64,000 nucleotides of DNA from Bugula neritina (lineage: Eukaryota > Animalia > Bryozoa): positions 16,120,995 through 16,184,994 of the forward strand of contig OZ037765.1 in assembly GCA_964035545.1 (NCBI GenBank). The letters are read 5' to 3'. A program made the translations under genes and the position numbers. Every line of letters starts with the position of its first letter. The first letter of the stretch is position 1. Under the pieces are notes generated by a model. That model did no database searches and was not told the DNA's origin. It saw nothing but the letters and a program-made list of their open reading frames with translations. This document shows, one piece after another, positions 54,911 to 64,000 of the stretch.

Positions 54911-56415
54911 GTTCTCTCGATGAACAATCAACTGGTTCAGTGGATATGCAGTAATTATTGAGCACGCAATAACACCCTCAAGAATAGTGCACAAAACTGC
55001 AACACTATGGCTATTCTTATAAAACTTGCTACTCCATATTTATGGTAATAATTTGTTTTTCTTTAGAAAGAGTTACCATCAAAATTATGTGATGGCTCAC
55101 AGATCATATATAAGTATAGTAGAAGGAGGGAGTTCACCGTCCTCTTCTTTCCTTTTTATAGTTGGAGGCAGTCATGGCGTTTCTGCATCCCGCATCACGC
55201 GGATGCCACGTGGACAGTAACATGACAATTTTGGGCCCTCCAATCAGGATGGGGGATCCGATTATATCACGAGGGGCAGTCTGCTCCCGAGTCAGTTGTG
55301 ATCAGTTGGACAAGCAATAGACACTTATGTATAGTAATAGTATTGTATGGATTATTTATAACGTTGTTGTTGTATCTATCATATAAAATATATATCGTAT
55401 TATTCTCATGAAACAAACCAGTGAAGTCGATTGTATAGCTTTGAGTAATGTACTGAAAGACTGATACACATTACCCACACTTACTGAAGAAAGCATAACA
55501 GTGGTGGGATACTGTATATCAGAATGGCAGAAAACAACACTGGACTACACCCACAACAGACAGAAGGTGAGCGTGACAATAACGTTGTTCCCATAGACCC
55601 CATGGTAGAGGAAAGGGGGGGCCCATAGAGAACTAGTAGCTGACAGGTACCAATTGAAAGCCCCCAACTTCACGGGTGATGAAGAAGTGGAGCTGTTCAT
55701 ACGGGAGTTTAGTGATGTGATTGAGATCACCCAAGGGCCACCCCGGGTAGCACTGCTGAAGCTGAGAATGTCGTTGATGATTAAGGCCAAACCCTATGGG
55801 TTGGGACCTGACATTGACAGCATCTTTGCTTCGCTGCGGGCCCGTTTTGGCATCTCCGCCATAGATGCCCAGACCCGACTACAAAGACTGCGGGGTGACC
55901 CACGCACCACACTGCAAGAACATGCCACCATGGTGATGAAGCTGGTGCAGATCGCATACAGCGACCTGCCCCAAGCCAATCGTGAACGGTATACTTTTGA
56001 TGCATTTGTACAGTCCATCAACAACCTAGGACTCCACCACCAATTTCTGGCGAGGGGAGTCACGACGGTCGAGGGCGCACTTGCTGAAGGGGAAGCCTAT
56101 CTTCTGGCAAACCAGATGCATAAAAACCGCGGGGTCTCCCGCCAAGTGAAGTAGAACCGCCGGTCGCTCAAGACGACGCGGGAGCGGGACCCCCTACAAC
56201 TGCCGCCGTTGGACAGCTAACAGCCATATCGAAGGTCGCACAACTGACCGACATGATGGCCAAACTGTTGGCGGCAATTACACCAAAACCCCTGGAAGAC
56301 AATGCCTACAAGCCTTCACGGCCGTTGGCAAGACCACCGGGAAAACAACCAACCTTTGTTGAGAATGCAGAAACCCTGGACTCTTCCGCAAGTACTATCC
56401 TCTTCTATATCAGGG

Positions 56416-56461
56416 GTTAAACTACCGCGGCCCGCAGATGTTCTCGCCAACTGCGGGCCGC
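56416..56461 (+). promoter_or_regulatory. gag-pol -1 ribosomal frameshift signal
   Basis: Slippery-like G TTA AAC (56416-56422) followed after 4 nt by a perfect 11-bp stem GCGGCCCGCAG (56427-56437) / CTGCGGGCCGC (56451-56461); the protease frame is -1 relative to the knuckle frame. Confidence 0.7.
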
Positions 56462-59400
56462 AGATGAAATTCCCTGGGAAGAAGAAATGTGGACCGCCCA
56501 ATCGGGTGCCACGTACCACACCACAAGAGTGGCAGACATCGAGACAAGTAGGCAAGTGGCACCGCCCAGCTGTTACCTTCTCTATGCCACTCCACAATAG
56601 ATTCGATGGGTTGCCGACACTAGAGCCCGAGTGGGGGGCAGTACAAGGACAGAGCAAGACACCCTCTCCCCCACCAAGACGGCTTTGCAACCATCGCAGG
56701 CTACCTCGCCATAGACCCACAGCGAGAGAGGTGTCCCCTGCAAAGTTACGGCATGAACGGGGACTAAGGGTGCAGCCTCACAGAAACAGCTTTTTCTTAC
56801 CCAGCAAGCTAGAGGGTAAAGCTGTAACCTTCTTATTAGACTCCGGCCGCACCACAAACCTCTTAAATCGTCAACTCTTCGACACCCTCAGTGCTAGGGT
56901 CCGAGGCGAGATAGAACCATACACCGGGAATACGGCACCCTGGCAGATGGGTCGTGTATTCCCTTCTATGGTATAGTAGAGCTGACGGGACGTGTCTGAA
57001 ATCAGGCTATACGGGAAACGTTCATAGTCAGCCAACTCAAAGAGAACGCTATTCTTGGGATGCCGTTCTTGAAACGACACGGGTGTCACATTGACTTCAG
57101 TAAGTCTGCAATGGTGATGTCTGGGCGAGAACTCGCCTGTGTCGACAAGTTTAGTTGCCCCCTAGTGAGAGGCGTGCAGGTAATACAGAACTGTACTATA
57201 CCGGGCCGCTCCCAGGCCACTATTCACTGCAAGGTGAATTACAAACAGATATCGGGACTAGGAGTGGTGGAAGTTGCGCACAATAGAATCCAGCTCGCTA
57301 GCAGTTTAAACCAATTGACTGCGCGAGGAAAGATCTTAGTGCAGTGTGTCAACTCCTTCACGGAGTCGGTGGAGCTGCCGACCGGGTTCGTGGTGGGCCG
57401 CTTCCACTCTGTCTAGAAAGGAGACGTGGGACCGCAGTTGGGGGATACGACGGAGGAGTCCTAGCAACGCCCGCAAAAAGGGCGAAGGACCGTTCCACTA
57501 CACGTCAGGGAGTTGTACGAGGCAGGCTGCCATGGCTGCGCGAGCAACGAGGAACACCAGGCTATAACGAAGTTGCTGCGTGAGTACAATGACGTATTCA
57601 GCAGTGGAGATCATGACATGGGCCTAACACGGGTCACCCATTATGAGATACCACTAGCTGCGGGAACAGTTCCCATCCGGCAACCTACACATAGGTTGGG
57701 GTCAGAAAAAGAGAAGGAGGTAAGCCGACAAGTTCGGAATCTTCTGGACCGCGGCTTCATAGAGCCAGCACATAGTGCCTGGAGCTCGCAGGTCGTGTTG
57801 GTCCGGAAGAAAGATGGCAGTTGGCGGTTTTGTGTGGATTACCGCAAACTCAATAGCGTGACCATACAGAACGCTTACCCCCTACCCCGTATTACTGAAT
57901 TCCTGGACCCCCTAGCCGGCAGCAAGTACTTCAGTACGTTAGGCTTGTTGAGCGGGTACTGGCAGGTCCCTCTGAGTCCCGATGCCCAGGGGAAAACGGC
58001 ATTCATCACGCGAGACGATCTGTGGAAGTGGAAAGTGTTGCCGTTCGGGTTGACCTCCGCCCCGGCCACCTTCCAGAGACTGATGGAACAGGTCCTTAGC
58101 GGACTGCACTGGAAAACGCTGTTGATCTACCTCGATGACGTCATCGTGATCTCCTCAGCCTTCGCGGCTCATATTAGTCGTCTGAGGGAGGTTTTCGAAA
58201 GACTCAGAGGTGCCAGTCTGAAATTGAAGCCCTCCAAGTGCGTTCTGTTGCAGCCGGAGGTCAAGTACCTGGGGCACATTGTCGGCTGAAACGGCAGGGC
58301 GACAGATCCTGAAAAGGTACGGGCAGTGGAAGACTGGGTTAGCCCCCGGGATTTGACCGAACTCCGGGCATTCCTGGGTCTGGTAGGGTATTACCGACAA
58401 TACATACCAGATTTTGCGGAGATAGCACAGCCGTTAAACCGGCTCACCCCAAAGGGGGTAGCGTGGTAGTAGTCTCCGGTTGAACAACAGGCATTCGACC
58501 GTCTTAAGGATTGCCTGCTGGCTGCACCCGTCTTGGCGTACCCCGATCCCACTCGGGAGTACATCCTGGACACGGACGCCAATGACCAAAATATTGGCGC
58601 TGTGTTGTCACAGGTACAGGGAGGCCGAGAAGTAGTAGTAGCCTACTACAGCAAATCTCTCTCAGCTGCTGAACGAAAATACTGCGCTACCCGAAAGGAA
58701 TTGTTGGCAGTAATCAAATCAGTGAAACACTTCCGACCTTATTTGTACGACAGGGGGTTCCGGCTGCATACAGACCACGCCTGGTTGATTTGGTTGTGCA
58801 AGAGTGCAGAATCGTCCAACCAAGTCGACAGTTGGCTAAAAATCCTGGCTGAATTCTCTTATCGGATCGAGCACCAGCCGGGAGGAAACAGGGCAATGCG
58901 GATGGGTTAAGCCAGCGATCGGACTGAGGATGCAAGCAGTGCCTCGGTATTGAGAGGAGGGACGGAGGCCCCTCGTGATCTGATTTAGAGGCACTGGCTA
59001 ACCAAGGAACAGAGTATGACTGGGACCAGATCCAACTCAAATCGACGGTCGGAAAGGATACGGAGGCTGTGCAAGGCCTCCGTGCCAACCCTGTTTTGGC
59101 CAATAACGTCACAGAGCTGAGAAAACTCCAGGAGAATTTTCCTGGGGTAGTAGCCGACGTCTATCAGGCCAAAAAAGAAGGGCAACAACCCAGCGAGGAA
59201 CAACTGAGGCAGGAGTGCGCCAAACTCCGGCTATTCTGCCAGCGTTGGGACTCACTGCGGATCGGGGACGATGGGCTGCTGACTATCACATTGGCCACCA
59301 GCGGCAGACACCCCGAGAGGAAGAGGGTGGTTTGTCATGCTGCCATACGCCACAATTGATTGGAGATACCCACAAACAGGCTCACGCTGGAGTCTAGAGA

Positions 59401-61025
59401 GTGATCACCAAATTGCAACTCCGGTGGTATTGGCCCAAAATGGGGCGTGACGTGCGAATCAGAGTAAGACAGTGCAAGATCTGCCAGGCCAGTAAGCATG
59501 TTCATTTTCCTGGTGAAGCGGGCTGACAGAAGTTATATGCTGGACAGCCGTGTCAAGTTGTAGCTGTCGACCTGGTCGGACCCATGCCTCCAACTCTTAG
59601 AGGCAACAGCTGGATCTTAGTATTGACCAACTACTTTACCAAGTGGGCCAACGCCCTGGCTATCCCAGATGCGTCGGCCCCAACGGTGGCCCGGGTGCTG
59701 GGCCAAAACGCGTTTTGTTATTTCGGCCTTCCCGAATAGATACATTCAGACCATGATGCTCAATTCCAGTCTCATCTGATGAGTGACCTCTGTCACCTCT
59801 GGGGAGTAAATCAGAGCAGGACCACCCCTACTATCCACAAGGCAACGGGGTGGTGCAGCGCAATACCCGTATGCTGGGTGATGCACTCCGAAGCCTGCTC
59901 CTCGGCCGCAGTCAGGAGAAATGGGATACGGTACTGCCGCAAGTCATGCGTGCCTATCGTAGTACCCCACACACCAGTACTGGTGAGACCCTCCCCTCCA
60001 ATATCCTGATGCTCGGTCAAGAGACTCGACTCCCCAACCACCTTACCTACCATGTCTCTGAGCAGGATAACTCGGTCAACGAGTATGTTAGTGAACTAGT
60101 GGAACGGATGAAGACCGCACATGACATGCTGCGAAAGAAGCAGTGGCAGGTGCGGCGTGAAAACTCAGAAGAACCACCCTTCTATAAATAAGAGACTGGG
60201 TATGGATGGTCAACTACCGTAGGCGTCGCGGACAAGCGGCTAAACTACAGCCCAGGTTCGTGGGGCCCTATGTAGTAGTCGAGGCGATGCCCAACCATAC
60301 CTACATGATCGAGCGCTCAGGACAGGTGTCCATCTAAAATGAGGCTTGCTTGAAGCTGTATTGGGCCAGCCCCGATGTGGTGGGAGGGGCCCCCTGTTGT
60401 TGGAGCCCCGGAAGCAGACAGCATCACGCGGGCGACAGCGGCATGGACTCGAGTATGAGGTGGTCGTGCCGCGGGAGGAAGATCTGGTGAGAGACGAACG
60501 ACCGCTTCCCCCAGCAGAAGTGAGTCCGCCGCTTCCGGCGCCAGGTCAGTCATCGTCACTTCCGGGGTCCGGGCCGGGCCCAGAAGGGAAAACCTCCACG
60601 AAATGAGGGGCTCCGTCCAGAGAAATCAGAGAAAAACCAGCTACTAACGAGCCGGAAGTTCCACCAGTGGAACTTGATAGTCCACCGGTGAGTTCATCGC
60701 TTTCCTTAAAACGAGGACAACGTACCAGACAACCCCCTGCATATTTACAAAACTTCGTTTGTGACTGCGTTGAAAGCGGCAAGTATGTAAGTCCAGCGGG
60801 GTGCTATACGGGAAAACCACCAGTTAATTGTGGGAGTTGAACAATCGCGAGAGAAAGCGAAAATGACTTTTACGAGGGCGGAGCAGTGGGCGGAATTGAT
60901 CCGCCCAAGGCAAAAAAGTCCCAGTCACGTGCAACGAACACGCCGCTCAGCCTTTCCCTACGCTGACATTGCTAAAGGCAGACATATTCTCAAATCTTCT
61001 ACGCCAGTCTACCTGAACGTTGAGT

Positions 61026-62178
61026 ATGCCTGAAAATACCAAGTTCCAAGGTAAGTCTGCCTGGATCTAGTATTCCTACCTATGGAAACGAGTCTGTTAT
61101 CAGCTAACTCTGATTTAATTGATCCAATTGAGTCAAAGTTATGTCGACTGCGAATGACGACGAAGACATGGTAATGCCCGACGATCTTTTAGATCTGGAG
61201 CTAGACGCTATGATTTTTAATCAGTTTACACGCTCGGCCCCTGTCTCTCGAGTGCCTTATAAAAAGATTCATGACTCTCAGACTAGTAACAGTCGATTCT
61301 CATCATAATTATATCGTAAAGGTCAATTTCGTCCTAACAATAATTTTATTCTTTCAGGCGACACTCGTGCCTCCGATTCCCCGAGGATGCCTTCTCTGGA
61401 AATGGCGTGGGACCAAGAGTTCCTGCCACCTGTCACATCCAATTGTGTATTACCACACGCCTTAAAGTCTAAGCAATGTTGGACGGCGCCGGAGACGGAG
61501 CGGGGAGATATAGACAATACTACATGCTACCTATAACAACAGCACTTTACAACTCCCCACAGGCTGCGGGTACATATTCCCCATCACTATATAACGAAAT
61601 TTTGTTCCTGCGGAGAGTTCAGTTATCATAGGGACTACATCCTCAGACACCAGCGGACCATGAATTGCTTTCAGTGTTATATATATGACGTGGATGAAAT
61701 CTCCTACCCTAGATTCCTGGAATTAATACAGCCATTTGTCACCAACAAAGCTTGGCTAGAGAGACTGTCGCAAGGGTTTCCAGCCCCCAGACCAATTACC
61801 CATGGTCCAGTACCCAAGCCCCTGAACTATCAAGAACCTGGCACGACACGTGGAACATCAAGCTCCATCTCTCTTCCCCAATCCCTTCTTCGTATTTTGT
61901 TACAACGTGTAGAGACCTAACCTTCCAGACCGCGACAAATTAGACGTTCACCTTCCCCCTTGTTTCCTCCGGTCCGCAAGAGACGGTGGAATTCCTCATC
62001 TCCTGCCCGCCTACCTTCCTTAGCATGGAATCTGCAAGAAATTGAGCTCCGTGCAAGCAAACTGGAAGGAGAGGTCCATCGGCTCGCTCCTCGGATAGCA
62101 GCTGCTGCTAGTGATTTACATGCCCTAAAGGACTCCGCTGCCAAACTCAAACGATCAGCTCGTGACGATGCTAGATAG
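61026..62178 (+). pseudogene. Spliced accessory zinc-finger/coiled-coil gene of gypsy copy B (exon 61026-61050, intron 61051-61357, exon 61358-62178; internal stops)
   Basis: ATG+7 codons+G|GTAAGT ... CTAAC..TTTATTCTTTCAG|GC; GDIDNTTCYL*QQHFTTPHRLRVHIPHHYITKFCSCGEFSYHRDYILRHQ..., LSQGFPAPRPITHGPVPKP, C-terminal LQEIELRASKLEGEVHRLAPRIAAAASDLHALKDSAAKLKR. Confidence 0.78.
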
Positions 62179-62543
62179 TCTTTCGCTCCTGTGTGGGGCT
62201 TCCGGTCTGTGTGACCCATTTTCTCTTTCTCTACCTCCACATCCAGGACTGTCTGTGTGATGCCCCTCTTGATGGTTGCTGATGCCTGTTAGACTTTATG
62301 CCGGGTTGCCCGTTACATAGTCTCTTAAGTAATAATATATGTTTTTGTATATATATAAATCTGTACATTAACTTCGGATGTTACCCGTTCTTTCTTTTAT
62401 ATATCATTTTTTATATACATATATTTATGGTTTTACTATCCGTAGTGCTCATATTTTTTTTATGTATATACGTAGTAAATATTCTTTTTTGTTTTGTGAT
62501 GCACTTCCCCCCACCGTCATGTTAGCAGGAAGTTGGCTCCCTG

Positions 62544-62628
<85 letters not shown>
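62544..62628. repeat. (TA)n microsatellite, ~85 bp
   Basis: Direct reading; lies at the truncated 3' end of gypsy copy B. Confidence 0.95.
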
Positions 62629-62631
<3 letters not shown>

Positions 62632-63153
62632 GCCAATTATTTACTACAAATTTCAAAAATAGCATAAACTAAGTGGTATTTCTATGCCTATTTGCATCCA
62701 ATTTACTAGTCTTACATTTATAGCAACTGCAATGTATTTTGTGTAAAATGGTTATTGCAAGCATTATTCAATTCATATTCATGTTGTAATCACAGCGAAG
62801 CTTAAACTTTATAGCTTTGTATTTACGTGCATGAGTGAGTTTTGAATTTTTTTTAATTTTATATGCATAAAAAATGTGTTTAAAACTTTAGCAATAAACA
62901 AAACTAAAAAAGATGTACACATAAAATAAAAACATAATAAAATAACAAAAGTGGCAAAACTTCTCTTTATAACTTTTATAAACTTGTGGTACCGATCGCG
63001 GCATAATGATGCCCATATGATTTCTTAAGATTTCCTAAAGTTGGCACTCCTAAGTATACCACACTGGCATATTTCTCAAGCTGAATGTCAAAGGTTGCGT
63101 GTATTCGCTCTTCCTCTTAGGCTCAGCGTAAACTTTAACCCGTGGGGAGTTGA

Positions 63154-63289
63154 TCACGTGATTCTACTGTCGTCGTAACCCTGTAGTTGTCGTACCGTTA
63201 ATGGATGGTTGTTTGTTGAATGAACCTTTTTGTAGGGAGAATAATTCTAACATAATTTGATAACTTCGTCCTGTCAGCTGGTCACGTGA
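63154..63289. promoter_or_regulatory. Two TCACGTGA E-box/CLEAR-like motifs in the SNX4 promoter/5' region
   Basis: TCACGTGA at 63154-63161 and 63282-63289 in a CpG-rich stretch just upstream of ATG 63302. Confidence 0.55.
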
Positions 63290-63301
63290 GACGTTGTTGA
63301 C

Positions 63302-64000
63302 ATGGCGGACCAAAGTTGTCGTGAAAATGAAAGTGGTGATGATAGTTTATCTGCTTCGCCTCAATCTACAGTCAATACTCAACCGCTTAACTCATGGCTC
63401 CAAGTGTCAATCAAAGAATCTAGTCGGCGTACTACTACCTCACTGAAAATACAAGACTCGTTTGTGGTGTATTTAGTAGAAACTAAAGTATTGGATCAAT
63501 TGAAAATCTGCCCTGAATGGCAAGAGGTACCAATAACTGTTTCGGGTTCAGATTGTGCTTCTACTTCACTAGTGGTTGTTTGGAGAAGATACAGTGAATT
63601 TGATTTGTTACGAGACTACTTATTGGATGCATTTCCATCGGTAGTTATTCCTTCTCTTCCTGGAAAACGAGTCCTCACACCATGGCAAGCAGCGGCTTTA
63701 GATAAAAGTGACCCAGAATTTGTTGAGAAAAGGCGGGTTTCTTTAGAGCAGTTTTTAAAGAGGCTTTGTTGTTTACCAGACATGTCTTCAGATCCCATTC
63801 TCTTGGCTTTTTTAAAAACTGACGCTGATTGGAAGAAGATGGTCCATTCGAAACAGCAGTTATTAAAAGATTCACGTCTTAAGGCACTAAGTGCAGCTTA
63901 CAGAATCAAACGCCCCAACGAAAAGTTTGAAGCCATAAGAAGATATGCTAATGAATTAGAAGGGCATATTGGAAATTTGCTTAAAATTAGAGCTAAAGCT
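63302..64000 (+). CDS. SNX4: Sorting nexin 4 (PX domain and start of BAR region; 3'-partial)
   Basis: Open frame to the window end: FVVYLVETK...VWRRYSEFDLLRDYL..FPSVVIPSLPGKR...DPEFVEKRRVSLEQFL...DSRLKALSAAYRIKRPNEKF, matching the PX signature and the SNX4-typical DSRLKAL segment. Confidence 0.88.
   Translation, partial: MADQSCRENESGDDSLSASPQSTVNTQPLNSWLQVSIKESSRRTTTSLKIQDSFVVYLVETKVLDQLKICPEWQEVPITVSGSDCASTSLVVVWRRYSEFDLLRDYLLDAFPSVVIPSLPGKRVLTPWQAAALDKSDPEFVEKRRVSLEQFLKRLCCLPDMSSDPILLAFLKTDADWKKMVHSKQQLLKDSRLKALSAAYRIKRPNEKFEAIRRYANELEGHIGNLLKIRAKA

Larger units (their letters stand above)
55115..62540 (+). mobile_element. Ty3/gypsy LTR retrotransposon copy B (5' LTR, gag, pol, accessory gene; 3' LTR missing; decayed)
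   Basis: Probable LTR ~55115-55500 (TATAGTAG...ATAACA with CCAAT and TATA-like boxes) followed by PBS-like GTGGTGGGAT; gag APNFTG..VELFIREF; degenerate CCHC knuckle ~56356-56400; protease FLLDSG ~56830; RT WRFCVDYRKLN, LPFGL, YLDD (57513-58289); RNase H (58533-58910); integrase with GPY motif (~59360-60300). Order PR-RT-RH-IN is gypsy-type. Confidence 0.95.

Noticed and set aside
54575-55500. The LTRs at 54575-54910 and ~55115-55500 as a matched pair of one element
   Set aside because: They share only short motifs (terminal T.TAGTAG, CAATCAGGA-like); one follows the PPT of copy A and the other precedes the PBS/gag of copy B.
62298-62662. Hydrophobic ORFs with YIYI repeats
   Set aside because: AT-rich 3' untranslated region of the retroelement plus a (TA)n microsatellite.

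Overview
AT-rich, intron-rich animal genomic DNA, probably an invertebrate (a lophotrochozoan is my guess; the species cannot be determined from sequence). Five host genes lie on the + strand: the 3' part of an LRRC45-like coiled-coil gene (62-9121), an intronless ribulose-phosphate 3-epimerase (20110-20793), a 15-exon SLC26A11-like anion transporter (23069-29903), a 10-exon paxillin (38736-46151) and the start of sorting nexin 4 (63302 to the window end). Introns and intergenic DNA carry several MITEs with recognisable TIRs/TSDs, LINE/SINE relics and a tiny LTR element (TRIM) with tRNA-like LTRs. The interval 49-62.6 kb is a cluster of decayed Ty3/gypsy elements. Main findings: (1) both gypsy copies carry, after integrase, a non-env accessory gene made of an 8-codon micro-exon, a conserved phase-1 GT-AG intron and a zinc-finger plus coiled-coil exon; (2) the TRIM has a Pol III-type tRNA cassette in its LTRs, and its primer-binding position is complementary to the 5' end of tRNA-Phe; (3) a 104-bp triplication puts two decoy splice acceptors in front of the STAS exon of SLC26A11. 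All exon structures and alignments were done by eye and need computational confirmation.
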